Source: Mobula hypostoma (Eukaryota). From it: 64,000 nt of DNA. Both the position numbers and the translations under genes were made by a program. Within the stretch, counting starts at the first letter, position 1, and each line of letters begins with the position of its first letter. Below the pieces are notes generated by a model that worked only from the letters and a program-made list of their open reading frames with translations, had not been told where the DNA came from and searched no databases. Location of the stretch: positions 220,224,001-220,288,000 of the forward strand of contig NC_086098.1 of NCBI RefSeq assembly GCF_963921235.1. The letters run 5' to 3'. Shown here one piece after another: positions 38,229 to 51,645 of this stretch.

Positions 38229-38858
38229 TGGCCTTTATAAATCAGAGCATAGAGTATAGCAGTTGGGATGTAATGTTGAAATTGTATAAGGCATTGGTAA
38301 GGCCAAATTTGGAGTATTGTGTACAGTTTTGGTCAACAAGTTATAGGAAAGATGTCAATAAAATTGAGAGAGTACAGAGGAGGTTTACTAAAATGTTGCC
38401 TGGGTTTCATCTCCTAAGTTACAGAGAAAGGTTGAACAAGTTAGGTCTTTATTCTTTGGAGCGTAGAAGGTTGAGGGGAGACTTGATAGAGGTGTTTAAA
38501 ATTATGAGGGGTATTGATAGGGTTGACGTGGATAGGCTTTTTTCATTGAGAGTGGGGGAGCTTCAAACAAGAGGACATGAGTTGAGAGTTAAAGGGCAAA
38601 AGTTTAGGGGTAACATGAGGGGGAACTTCTTTACTCAGAGAGTGGTAGCTGTGTGGAACAAGCTTCCAGCAGAAGTGGTTGAGGCAGGTTCAATGTTGTC
38701 ATTTAAAGTTAAATTGGGTAGATATATAGATAGGAAAGGAATGGAGGGTTATGGACCGAGTGCAGGTTGGTGGGACTTGGTGAGGGTAGGAGTTCAGCAT
38801 GAACTAGAAGGGGCGAGATGGCCTGTTTCCATGCTGTAATTGTAATATGGTTACATGG
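38229..38858 (+). mobile_element. CR1 LINE 3' end nested in a Rex1-type LINE
   Basis: 188-aa ORF LVRPNLEYCVQFWS...RRLRGDLIEVFK...FFTQRVV; CR1 3' hairpin and tail. Confidence 0.9.
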
Positions 38859-38894
38859 TATGTCACCGTATACAAGCCGGATTCATTTTTTATT

Positions 38895-39158
38895 ATAGAA
38901 ATGCAGCACAGAGTAGGCCTTTCTGGTCCTTTGAGCTGTGCCATCCAGAACCCCCTGATTTAACCTAATCAAGGGACAATTTACAATGGCCAGTTAACCT
39001 ACCAACTGGTATGCCTTTGGAAACTGGAGCACCCGAAGGAATCTCATGCAGACATGGAGAGAATGTACAGTCTCCTTATAAACGGCAGTGGGAATTGTAC
39101 CCAGGTTTCTGGTACTGTAAAGCATTGTGCTAACCACTATGCTACCATGCTGCCCCAC
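38895..39158 (-). mobile_element. HE1-like V-SINE nested in a Rex1-type LINE
   Basis: Minus strand GGGGCAGCATGGTAGCATAGTGGTTAGCA head, V-domain remnant, CR1-type tail. Confidence 0.7.
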
Positions 39159-40589
39159 GGGCATTGACAGTAAATACAAAAAACACAATAGACTCAATGA
39201 AAGACCGCACCCAACAGGACAGAAAAACAATGTACAAATGACAACAAACTGTAAATAGAAAGAGAAAAAAAATGATAATAATATGAATAAATAAATAAAT
39301 ATAGGTGAAGAATCATTGAAAGTGAGTATATTGATTGTGGAAACAGTTCAGTGATGGGGTGAGTGAAGTTATCCCCTTTGGTTCAAGACCCTGGTGGGTG
39401 AGGAGTAATAACAGTTCCTGAACCTGGTGGTGTGGGTCCTGAGGCTACTGCACCTTCTTCAGCTGCAGCAGAAAGAGACCATGGCCTGGTTGGTGGGGAT
39501 CCTTGATGATGGATACTGTTTTCCTGCGACAGTGCCCTGTGTAGATGTGCTCAATTGGACTTCTGGTTTCCTCTTCTTGAAGTCAATAATGAGCTCCCTG
39601 GTCTTGCTAACATTGAGTGAGGGGTTGTTGTTATGGCACCACTCAACCAGATTTTCAATTTCCCTTCTATAAACTGATTGATTTATTTCTACTTTGATTT
39701 AGTCAGTGACAGCGGTGTAATCATCAAACGTAAATATGGCGTTGGAGCTGTGCTTAGGCCTCACGATCATAAGTGTAAAGTGACTAGAGCAGGGGGCTGA
39801 GCACCCAGCTCTGTGGTGCACCTGTGCAGAGGGAGAATGTGGAGAAGCTGTTGTTGCAAATCCGAACTGACTGGGGTCTGCAAGTGGGGAAATCGAGGAT
39901 CCAGTTGCACAAGGAGGTACTTGAGGCTTAGGTCCTGAAGCCTATTGATTAGTTATGAGGGGAAGATAGTATTGAAAGCTGAACTGTAGTCAATGAAGAG
40001 CATCCTGATGTATGCATCTTCACTGTCCAGATGTTTCAGGATCGAATGTAGAGCCAATGAAATGGCATCTGCTGTTCACCTGTTGAGAAGATAGGCAAAC
40101 TGGAATGGATCCAAGTCACTTCTCAGGAAGGGGTTGATATGTTTCATCACCAACATCTCAAAGCACTTCATCACCGTGGATGTAAGTGCTACTGGATGAT
40201 AGTCATTGAGGCAGATTTCCACATACTTATTAGGCACCGGTCTAACTGAAGCCTGCTTGAAGCAGGTGGGTACAACAGACTGTCGAAGCAAGAGGTTAAA
40301 GATATCGGTGAACTCCCCAACCAGTTGATTAGGACAGGTCTTTAGTACTTAGTGATGTACTCCGTCTGGGCCAGATGGCTTCTGCGGGTTCACCTTGAAG
40401 AATATTTTAATATCAGGTCTCAGAGACTGACGTCACAGGGTCATCAGAGGGTGCGGGAGTTTGTGAAGATGCTTCCATGTTTTAACAGTCAAAGCGAGCC
40501 AAAAGGAGGATGAGAGGATATTAGATCATAAAACACAGGGGCTGGATTAAGCCCCTTGACCTATTTAATCCTCTCAGCCATTTAATCAT

Positions 40590-40772
40590 TTTTAAAAATC
40601 CAAACAACAGGAACTCTGCAGATGCTGGAAATTCAAGCAACACACATCAAAGTTGCTGGTGAACGCAGCAGGCCAGGCAGCATCTCTAGGAAGAGGTACA
40701 GTCGTACAGACTGTACCTCTTCCTAGAGATGCTGCCTGGCCTGCTGCATTCACCAGCAACTTTGATGTGTGT
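40590..40772 (-). mobile_element. PLE-derived fold-back mini-element
   Basis: 64-bp inverted arms 40640-40703 and 40709-40772 (1 mismatch), 5-nt loop, ~37-nt unpaired tail; 14-bp TSD AGCCATTTAATCAT (40576-40589 and 40773-40786). Confidence 0.9.
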
Positions 40773-40822
40773 AGCCATTTAATCATGGTTGATTTATTTT
40801 CCATCTAAACCTATCTAAACCC

Positions 40823-42267
40823 TTAGGAAAAGGGGAAGTACAACGAGATCTAGGAAGAGAGAAAACAGGGAATTATAGACCGGTTAGCCTGACTTCGGTG
40901 GTGGGAAAGATGTTGGAGTCAATTATAAAAGATGAAATTACGACACATCTGGATAGCAGAAACAGGATCAGTCCGAGTCAGCATGGATTTACGAAGGGGA
41001 AATCGTGCTTGACTAATCTTCTGGAATTTCTTGAGGATGTAACTATGAAAATGGACAAGGGAGAGCCAGTGGATGTAGTGTACCTGGACTTTCAGAAAGC
41101 CTTTGATAAAGTCCCACATAGGAGATTAGTGGGCAAAATTAGGGCACATGGTATTGGGGGCAGAGTACTGACATGGATTGAAAATTGGCTGGCTGACAGA
41201 AAACAAAGAGTCGCGATTAATCGTCCCTTTCTGAATGGCAGGCAGTGACCAGTGGGGTACCGCAGGGTTCAGTGCTGGGACCGCAGCTGTTTACAATATA
41301 TATTAATGATTTAGATGAGGGAATTAAAAGTAACATTAGCAAATTTGCCGATGACACAAACCTGGGTGGCAGTGTGAAATGTGAGGAGGATGTTATGAGA
41401 ATGAAGGGTGACTTGGACAGGCTGGGTGAGTGGGCAGATGCAGTTTAATGTGGATAAATGTGAGGTTATCCACTTTGGTGGTAAGAACAGGAAAGCAGAT
41501 TATTATCTAAATGGAGTCAAGTTAGGAAAAGGGGAAGTAGAACGAGATCTAGGTGTTCTTGTACATCAGTCACTGAAAGCAAGCATGCAAGTACAGCAGG
41601 CTGTGAAGAAAGCTAATGGCATGCTGGCCTTCATCACAAGGGGAATTGAGTATAAGAGCAAAGAGGTCCTTCTGCAGCTGTACAGGGTCCTGGTGAGACC
41701 ATACCTGGAGTACTATGTGCAGTTTTGGTCTCCAAATTTGAAGAAGGACATTCTTGCTATTGAGGGAGTGCAGCGTAGGTTCACAAGGTTAATTCCGGGG
41801 ATGGTGGGACTGTCATATGTCGAAAGATTGGAATGACTGGGCTTGTATACTCTGGAATTTAGAAGGCTGAGAGGGGACCTTATTGAAACGTATAAGATTA
41901 TTAAGGGATTGGACACGCTGGAGGCAGGAAGCATGTTCCCACTGATGGGTGAGTCCAGAACCAGAGGCCACAGTTTAAGAATAAGGGGTAGGCCATTTAG
42001 AACGGAGTTGAGGAAAAACTTTTTCACCCAGAGGGTGGTGGATATATGGAATGCTCTGCCCCAGAAGGCTATGGAGGCCAAGTCTCTGGATGCTTTCAAG
42101 AAAGAGATGGATAGAGAGCTCTTAAAGACAGCGGAATCAAAGGTTATGGGGATAAGGCAGGAACTGGATACTGATTGTGGATGATTCAGCCATGATCACA
42201 GTGAATGGCGGTGCTGGCTCGAAGGGCCAAATCGCCTACTCCTGCACCTATTGTCTATTGTCTATTC
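40823..42267 (+). mobile_element. CR1 LINE, 5'-truncated, RT domain pseudogene
   Basis: QHGFTKGKSCLTNL, DFQKAFD, GVPQGSVLGP, FADD, RGDLIETYK; (CTATTGT)n tail. Confidence 0.93.
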
Positions 42268-43257
42268 TCTTGCCACCTCCCGGTAAAATTTGATGTCCTT
42301 ACTAATCAAGAACCTATCTCCCTCCTCCTTAGGTACACCCAGTGACTTGGCTTCCACAACTGTCTGTGGCAATGATTCCACAGATTATTGTGAGAAGGAG
42401 GGACAGGTTGGACACTGAGAAGTTATCTCCTCTACCTGAGGTGTTTATGATATAAAGGTTATGTCATAATTTGAGAGCAAACCTAGTTTACTTCAGCTCT
42501 GAGGTTATATTTTTTCTGAGCTAAAGGTGCAGTTTGAATGTGGGTGACATTCCACAATTTTTACACCTCACATGAATCTTAATTTTTACATGTAATTTCT
42601 ATAGTAACCTTACTCCTGTCTCTCCCTCTTAAAAAAACTGCCCTGTTCACTCAGAAGGTGCACAGTGACATTCACTGCAAATAAAATTTGGGTTCATTTG
42701 TGGGACAGAAGTGACATAGAAGCATTGCAACTCCAAGATGAGTGCTTGGATCAGCTGGTGTATTAATTGTGGCGCACAGGCAAGATCCGGTTACAGCTGA
42801 TACTGCTGGTACTCCTCCCCAGTCGACAGATAATTTTTGAGTTATATTTAGCAGTTATATTGCGGCTCCCATTAACTTGTGCTCAAGTAACTCGACAGAC
42901 TGAGGCATTACAGTTCAGTCTAGTTAAATAAACTTGCTTAAAGTTTTCGAAACTAGATCGAATGTGGCAAGAAGGATTTTAATTCGTGTGCTTTTTACTG
43001 GGATATTTATAAGGATTGCACCTATAGATGTTATTAATGCGGACTTCCTGAAGATATACGCCGCAGCCCCAGGTTGTCAGTAAAGTTGAGAATGTGTTAG
43101 AATGGACTTGAACTCCTGAATGAAGAATTGGCAATGAGGTAGGAAGCAGAAAATAAGATGAATGGTTATGTGCTCGAAATGTGGTTTGGTCCGACTGGGG
43201 TTACCTCCCTCGGAGCTGTAGTGGGATCTCAGCATTTCAATATACAGTATATTTGCA

Positions 43258-43480
43258 AACAAGAGAAAATCTGCAGATGCTGGAAATCCAAACAACACAC
43301 ACAAAATGCTGGAGGAACTCAGCAGGCCAGGCAACAGCTATGGAAAAGAGTAAACTGTCGACATTTCGGGCCAAGACCTTTCATCAGGACTGGTGAAGGG
43401 TCTCGGCCTGATACATTGACTATATTCTTTTCCGTAGACGCTGCCTAGCCTGCTGAGTTCCTTCAGCATTTTGTGTGTGT
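43258..43480 (-). mobile_element. PLE-derived fold-back mini-element with two opposed hammerhead motifs
   Basis: Inverted terminal-repeat arms joined at ~43393; imperfect TSD TACAGTATATTTGCA/TACAATATCGTTGCA. Confidence 0.82.
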
Positions 43481-43667
43481 TACAATATCGTTGCATCATT
43501 TGGATGAAGGAATAGAGGTACACGTTTGTTAAGTTAGCTGGCAAAGAGAGAAGTTGAAAATTGCATTTACTGAATAAGGGACTGTAGAAAACAGGGTAAA
43601 TCAGGCTCAGTGTAAAAACATGTGAGATCATCTGTATGGACCTAAGAGTCATATATCTTCTAAATAA

Positions 43668-44290
43668 GACCATGAGACAATACAGCATAGGAGCAAAGTT
43701 AGACCATTCAGCCACTGAGTCTACTATGCCATTCCATATTATCCCTTTCAACCCTATTCCCCTGTGTTCTCCCCATTACCTTTGATACCCTTACTAATCA
43801 AGAACCTATTTACTTCTGCTCTAAATATACCCAATAACTTGGCCTCCACAGCTTTCTGTGGCAATGAATTCCACAGATTCACCATCTTCTGGTTTAGAAA
43901 TTCCTCCTTTTCTCAGTCCTAAAGGGCCAACCTTCAATTCTGAGACTGTGCCTTCAAGGCCTAGTCTCTCCCACTAGAGGAAACATGTTCTCCACATGCA
44001 TTCTGTCTAGGGCTTTCAATATTCAGTAGATTTCAACATGATTCCCCCCCCCCCCATTCTTCTAAACTCCAGCGAGTATAGGCCCAGCACCATTAACCCT
44101 TTCATTCTTGTGAACCTCCTCTGGGCCCTTTCCAACGCTAGCACACCCTTTCTTAGATAGGGAACCCAAAACTGCTCACAATACTCCAAGTATGATCTGA
44201 CCAATACCTTATAAAGTCTAAGCATTACATCCCTTGCTTTTATATTTTACTCCTCTTCAAATGAATGCTAACATTGTATTTGCCCTCCTA
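43668..44290 (-). mobile_element. CR1 LINE 3' fragment
   Basis: MLRLYKVLVRSYLEYCEQFW on minus strand; CR1 tail. Confidence 0.82.
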
Positions 44291-45732
44291 AATGACAGAA
44301 GTCTTGAGAACACATACCACCAGGCTCATGGACAGCTTCGGTTCCATGATTGTAGGATTCTTGAATGGACCATGTACAGTATGTTATAAAGACGAGCTCT
44401 GAATCTCTCATTCTATCTGGTCATGACCCCTGCACGTAATTAGTCTACTTACAATGCACTTTCTCTGTAACTGTAACACAATGTTCTGTATTTTATTGTT
44501 TTTCCTTTTGTACTACGTCAATGGGATAGTTTGTTTGGATAGTATGTAGACAAAGGCTTTTTACAATACCTAGGTTTGTGTGACAATAATCAATCAATTA
44601 CAATGGTAGTAGTGAAATCTATGAGCTGTGGAAAAATTTAGAGATTTGTGAGTGTAAGAACAGAAATCACTGAAGCCTTGTGGACAGATATAAGTTGTAA
44701 TTTGATCTAATGTTGGAATGTTAGACCATAAGATATAGGAGCAGAATTCCACTATTCATCCCATCAAGTCTGGTCTTCCATTTGATCATGGGATTTCTCA
44801 ACCCCATTCTCCTGCCTTTTTCCCATAACCAGTAACCCCCCTCCCCCACTACCAATCAAAAACCTATCAATCTCTGCTTTCATTACACTCTGTGTCTTGG
44901 CTTCCACACCCTCTGTGGTAACAAATGTCACAGATTCAACTCTCTTTTTGTTGGTCTATATCTCCCGAAGGGATGGAATTCTAACTGTTGTGCAAAACTC
45001 TGGCTAGACCTTAACCTCAGTCTAGATAAATGTACTTAATTCTGGCCAGCGCATCTCAAATGGATCTTGGCAGGAGTATCAGGCAGATTCAATAGAATGC
45101 TTGTACAGGCTTGTTGCTATAGGTTGCATTGAAAATGTTAACACTCAAGGACTCCAGTAATTTGACATCAGATATAATTGCATTTAAAATAATCAAAGTA
45201 GCTTATGGAGAAACTCATGGCTCTTTCCAAACAAAAGCCTCGAAATTGGAGCTGGACGGTTTAAGATGATGCCAAGAAACACTTTGTCATACAGTGAGTA
45301 ATGGAAGTCTGGAATACACCTCAACATTATTTTAATTGAAAATTTCTAAACTCATAGACTGAAAGGTTTGCAGATAAATATACCTTGTGTACGAGGGTGT
45401 GGGTACATAAATGTTAGCTAATAGTTCTTGATGATACAGTATGTATAATCCTTCAGTTACACTCTGTTTCGGAGATTTGACTTGTACAATGTGATATCAG
45501 TGTTACTGTTCTGTACCACATAGGGTTAATCAGCTCAACTGTTGTGCTTGGGTCAGATGTAGCATTTACAATATTGGTAAAGCTATCAATGATGGCCACT
45601 ATTACTCTGTGAAATTTAAAGCAACTTTGGGATGCTCATACGCACATCATTTAACATGGAAATCGCTGAGCTACTGTCAGTAATTCAGTCCTTCTCCCCT
45701 GCAGTATGTTTTTTTGCAACTTACCTCATCAC

Positions 45733-47532
45733 AGAATCAGAATCAGGTTTATTATCATCGGCATGTGTCATGAAATTTGTTAACTTAGTGGCAGCAGTTC
45801 AATGCAGTACATAATATAGAAGAAGGAATAATAATAATAATAATTAAATAAGTAAATCAATTACAGTATATGTATATTGAATAGATTAAAAATTGTGCAA
45901 AAAAACAGAATATATATAAAAAAAGTGAGGTAGTGTTCATAGTTTCAATGTCCATTTCGGAATCAGATGGCAGAGGGGAAGAAGCTGTTCCTGAATCGCT
46001 GAGTGTGAGCCTCCAGGCTTCTGTACCTCCTACCTGATGGTAACAGTGAGAAAAGGGCATGCCCTGGGTGCTGGATGTCCTTAATAATGGACGCTGTCTT
46101 TCTGAGACACCACTCCCCGAAGATGTCCTGGGTACTTTGTAAGTTAGTACCCAAGATGGAGCCGACTAAATTTACAACTTTCTGCAGCTTCTTTCAGTCC
46201 TGTGCAATAGCTCCTCCATATCAGACAGTGATGCAGCCTGTCAGAATGCTCTCCACGGTATATCTATAGAAGATTGTGAGTGTATTTGTTGACATACCAA
46301 ATCTTTTCAAACTCCTAATGAAGTATAGTCGCTGTCTTGTCTTCTTTATAACTGCATCAATATGCTGGGACCAAGTTAGGTCCTCAGAGATCTTGACACC
46401 CAGGAACTTGAAACTGCTCACTCTCTCCACTTTGGATCCCTCTATGAGGATTGGTATGTGTTCCTTCGTCTTACCCTTCCTGAAGTCCACGATCAGCTCT
46501 TCCATCGTACTGATGCTGAGTGCCAGGGTGTTGCTGTGACACCACTCCACTAGTTGGCATATCTCGCTCCTGTACCCCTCTCGTCTCCATCTGAGATTCT
46601 ATCAACAATCATCAGAAAATTTATGGATGGTATTTAAGCTATGCCGGGCGAACAGTCATGGGTATAGAGAGAGTAGAGAAGTGAGCTAAGCACACACCCC
46701 CGAGGTGCACCAGTGTTGATCGTCAGCGAGGAGGAGATGTTATCACCAATCCGCACAGGTTGTGATCTTCCTGTTAGGAAGTCAATGATCCAGTTGTAGA
46801 GGGAGGCACGGAGGCCCTGGTTCTGTAACTTCTCAATCAGGATTGTGGGAATGATGGTATTAAATGCTGAGCTATAGTTGATGAACAGCATCCTTACATA
46901 GGCGCCTGTATTATCCAGGTGGTCTAAGGCTGTATGAAGAGCCACTGAGATTGCATCTGCCGTTGATCTATTGTGGCGGTAGGCAAATTGCAGTGGCTCC
47001 AGGTCCTTGTTGAAGTAGGAGTTCAGTCTGGTCGCGAACAACCTCTCAAAGCATTGATGTGAGTGTTACCGGGCAATAGTCATTCAGGCAGCTCACATTA
47101 TTCTTCTTAGAATTTCTGTCCGTAACAGTGAAAGGTTGAAATTGTCCTTGAATACTCCCGCTTGTTGGTTGCACAGGTTTTCAGAACCTTCCCAGGTACT
47201 CCATCAGGACGTTCCGCCTTGCGAGGGTTCACCCTCTTTAAAGACAGTCTAACATCAGTCTCTGAGACAGAGATCACAGGGTCACTGGGTGCAGCAAGGA
47301 TCTTCATAGCTGTATTTATATTCTCCCTTTCAAAGTGGGCATAGAAGGCATTGAGTTCAGCTGGTAGTGAAGCATTGCTGCCATTCATGCTATTGGGTTT
47401 CACTTTGTAGGAAATAATGTCTTGCAAACCCTGCCAGGGTTGTCGTACATCTGATGTTGCCTCCAACCTCGTTTGAAAGTGTCTCTTCGCTCTTGAAATA
47501 GCCCTCTGCAAATCATACCTGGTTTTCTCATA
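45733..47532 (-). mobile_element. Rex1/Babar-type LINE, 5'-truncated RT pseudogene
   Basis: [62 protein letters not shown]; (TGATTC)n tail. Confidence 0.9.
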
Positions 47533-48664
47533 CAGACAATTAAGGATCTTTACACAATCCTTACACAAGTAAGGATTATATTAAATTGTCAAGAATTTTG
47601 ATTATTCACAATTCAGCATTTGAAAAATACTCCATTTGTTACGCTTCATGAGGCTTGTTAATTCATAATTACTGTTCAGCGGACTCCTTTTGCCAGCTAA
47701 ATGAGTTTTATCTACCTTATTCTTTAAAATATTTCAAAATAAAATAAATTTTAAAGTCATAAAACTATTAATCTCTATACTTGTCTATGCAAATTTAACA
47801 TTTATCTGTCAGTCAAGTTTATTGACATCAAGTGGACAAGTGCAAAGGAACAGGCACATTGTATCAGAAAGGCAGCATCCACAAGAAAACCAAATTAATC
47901 ATAAATTATATACAATTTTTTACAATAAAACACAATTAGAACAAAAATAAGTCCATTTTAGTGCAAGACAGTCAAAGTGTTGCTAAACTATAGCGATTAG
48001 TGTTTTGTTGGTTGGTTCAAGAACAGAAGGGTAGAAGGGAAGTAGCTGTTCTGGAATCTGATGGTAAGAACTCACCCAAGATGCCTACCAATTTTTTTAC
48101 ATATAAGCAGTTTGATCCGATAGGAAGCTTAGTGACTTCTTGCTGCGGTCGTGCCCTTTTTCCAATTTACAAAGAGTGAAGCCAGAAAAAGATAAGAAAT
48201 AAGGAGCTTTTCAACAATAGTCTTTTGCCTCGAGTTCCATTCTTGGCTTGTCCTACTCACGTTATGCGTCAGATATTGGTTAACTAATTTTTATAGGTTT
48301 TGCTCCATTCAGTATACATCTGACAAGGGAAGTGGTTCAAGTTCACGTTTTGTTTCTTTAAGCAGATTTGTTCTGGCAATGCTCCGTAGAGAGAAGAGAA
48401 TTTACACAGTGATATCTGATATGTAGCAGTAGTTAATAAACAAAGGCGGTGTTTTTGTCTCTTCAGTTCCGGCCTCTTCCTCACTCTTATTCCCAGTCTC
48501 TAACATGCCACTGCTGGGCAGCCAGGCATCTCGGCATCTCTGCTTCCATCCGACTTTCCAAAATCACCATATGATCCTTCTGTCCTTGCCTTTGCCATAG
48601 TACCAAACCTCACACTTACTGAGTTAAACAAAAGGCCTAACACTGCTTAGTTAGAACCCACTTT

Positions 48665-48865
48665 AATAGTCAATCGCTCGAGCCGAGTATGATGTTCTCT
48701 CAAGAGGTTATTCCGTTAGCGGGGAAATGCCTGTGTGTGACTTTGTTTAACATGGGGAGGCTGATGCTCGGGCAGACACCACACGGTCCTTGACAGATCG
48801 GGGTCAGGGTCCAGTGACATGGAATGCAAGACAACTGGGGACCCTTCACTGCCACAGCTTCCCCA
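48665..48865 (-). mobile_element. Probable RTE-derived bipartite non-autonomous element
   Basis: Minus strand CCCCAGT...CACTGGACCCTGACCCCGATCTGTCAAGGACCGTGTGG...CAGCCTCCCCATGTTAAACAAAGTCAC resembles RTE 5' UTR motifs; related motif at ~8741-8770; recognised from memory only. Confidence 0.45.
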
Positions 48866-51527
48866 GTCCAAGGATAAACTCTATTTCCAATAAAACCCTT
48901 TAATTTGGTGTACTATTCTCCCTTGTCAAGATGCGGTCTGGGTGAGTTGCGCATGTGAGACCCTGTTTGCTGACAGAGAGATTTCATGGGAATTGGAGGA
49001 AGATTTTTCGTTTCTCACCCAACTGAAACCTAGAAATGAGAGGAAGGTGGTAAGGGCAGATGTTTCCAGAACGATAAAGCAGTATTTTGATTAGCACTTG
49101 AAGCATTAGGATATGGAAGGCTACAGAATGACTTTTGGGAAGTGTGATTTGTCTTGATAATTGCTGGTATGGTAACAGCTTCTGTTCTGTAAGACTGTGT
49201 GGCACTATGATCAGACACTTCTTGAATTACAACCTCTTGAAGTATCTTCACTCAATCTACAAGGCTTTACAACTTAAACCTTGTCTTATCTCTAACATTC
49301 CCAGTTCTCGTTATGCCTGTTTCTTTCTCCATAAACACTGTCTACCCTGTAAGATATTTTCATACTTTCTTAACTTTATGAACTCAGATACCTAAACTCT
49401 AAGATCTAGATTTCACTCTTTAAAACTCTCCACCGGTATACTTACTATATAACATCTCTTTTGACACAGTTTCCCAGTTATCCAACAGTGCGCTTATATG
49501 GCTTTGTGTTTTGCTGTTCAAACTGAAACAACTTCGTCATTTTTATCATGCTAAACACAAGAAACTTCAATGATGGGCTTTCCTAGGTATTGTTCAGAGA
49601 ATGTTTGATTATTGTTTCATGAAGGCTACTAACGAAAACCTTTAATGGAACTCCCTAGAAAGAACACCAGTTTAGGATTAGCCCAATAAAGCAGAGTGAT
49701 TTCAGACAGATTTAGGCAGTACTACATTGCAAGTTGTCATCATGCTTTGTATGATCTTGGCCAGTATGTATTTGCTGCATTATCAGGTGTGTTTACCAAT
49801 CTGAATCAGAACTGTGTGGGTGTGGGGTGTGGCTAATTCTTTCATGAGTCAAAAGAAACTTATCAGCTAATGTCCCAAAAGTGTAGACTCTGCAGCCGAA
49901 TGTTTTGAATGTTTTGATTACTTATCTAAAGAGGAGGTATATTCATGTAAGTATTGAACTTTATTTTTGTGTAAAGCCTTTTTTTAGAGTTTATAAAGAT
50001 TATTTTGTTTCACCTCTCCTTCCATTTATATAATTTTTTTCATTTATGTACTGAGTCTTTGGAAACTGAGTTAGTGTTGAGATAAGATGAAGCTTGTCGG
50101 AAGCATTATATTGATAAACCATATTGCTGCTTGTATTTATTGTAACTATCAGTCTGGAGTATACGAGAGTTGTTTCATATTCAATGTTTTAAGATAACAA
50201 TGCTTTAAGACAGACCCATAAATTTGTCCTGATGTGACTTGAAACTTCATTATCACAATCTTGAAAGTATATTCCTGAATTTGGTTCCTTTGAACTAAAT
50301 TGTTTCTGAACACTTGTATATTCCAACTAATTCCCCAAGCTATTTAATCATGTAAATGTCGTATTAGTTTCATACTTTAAACAAATCGGAGTTTGTAAAC
50401 ACAGACTTGAGAGGCTGACAGTAATTTTTAATTCAGAGGATCAGATTGAAGGTTTGATCTAGCTGATCAGGATCATATTCTCCTTGAGGGAATTACAATC
50501 CTTTTGATGTATCTTACTGAAAGTATACTTGTGAAACCTGCATGGAGACTATCTTGGAATCAAAAGCCCTTGATTTTTTTTAACATATTCCTCTTTATAA
50601 GTGCTATTTCATTGACCAGAAGCTAATGTGAAGTCCGCAGGGCATAAGCCAAAGGACAAACTTCAATTTGTGTCACTGGAAGTCAATATTTTGCAAGTTT
50701 GATTATCTTTATGCAGATAAAAAGTAGAATTTATGAACTTTAATAAATAGAATTAAGCTGATGACATGGATAAATATTAATAAATATTTAATCAATGCTG
50801 GAAGTTTGGCTTATTTTTCAATGTGTTTGTGTGAAAATCCTTCTTCCACAATCAGGAGAAGGAAAGATAAAATAGGTCTCAAGGCTGAAGTATACGCATA
50901 GTCTTTGCTGTATTACAATCAGAAACAGAAAGTGAAAAAGCATTATTATATTTAGTTTCACACCAACATACTGGGTCAAAATCATCCAAGGAAAAATTCT
51001 GCACAAATGGTTCAAGGACTAAGAAATGGTCTTTGTAGCGTCCTGTGATGTTGCATATGTCCCACATCATTGCACTTGTGCAATTATGGCAATTTCTGTA
51101 TCTCTCAACTTCCTCACTCATTCCTGGTCACTGTACTTTCTGCAGCAGAGACCCTGATCTCTGCACTTTCCTGATAAACTCTCCATATCTGCCTGGCCTT
51201 TGAAGCTCTTCCAAAAACTTGCCTAATTCTACTATCCTAATATTACTGAGTTGCTTAGAATCAGATTTTTTTTTAATATTTTACTGACAAAGGGTAGAGC
51301 TTCAGAACAGAAGGATATCCTGTTGGAACAGAGTTAAGGAGGAATTTCTTTAGTCAGAGCGTGGTGAAGGTGTGGAATTTCTTTCCACAGTCAGCTGTGG
51401 AAGTCAAGCGTTTGAGTATACTTAAAGTGCAGTTTGATAGGTTCTTGATTAGTCAGGGTATCAAAGGTTTTTGGAGGAATCAAAGGAATAGTGTTGAGAG
51501 GGAAAATAAATCAGCCATGACAGAATC

Positions 51528-51645
51528 AACACACATAAAAGTTGCTGGTGAGCACAGCAGGCCAGGCAGCATCTCTAGGAAGAGGTACAGTCGACGTTTC
51601 GGGCCAAGACCCTTCGTTAGGACTAACTGAAAGAAGAGCTAGTAA
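51528..51645 (-). mobile_element. PLE terminal-repeat fragment inserted in a CR1 3' end
   Basis: Same subfamily sequence as 40640-40703; contains the hammerhead at 51588-51625. Confidence 0.8.
51588..51625 (-). ncRNA. Minimal type I hammerhead ribozyme motif (closest to consensus; one core substitution)
   Basis: UAGUC-CUAACGA-A-GGGU CUUG GCCC-GAAAC-GUC-GACUG: stems I and II pair, ACGU palindrome replaces stem III, core CUGANGA reads CUAACGA. Confidence 0.65.

Larger units (their letters stand above)
38190..40500 (-). mobile_element. Rex1-type LINE fragment with nested CR1 and V-SINE
   Basis: CLNDYHPVALTSTVMKCFE and DPFQFAY on minus strand; 3' UTR resumes on both sides of the inserts; (TTGAAC) tail at 38190. 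Confidence 0.82.

Noticed and set aside
40640-40772. pre-miRNA or DNA-transposon MITE
   Set aside because: Arms are PLE terminal-repeat sequence with a long variable TSD, typical of target-primed retrotransposition; small-RNA output cannot be judged from sequence
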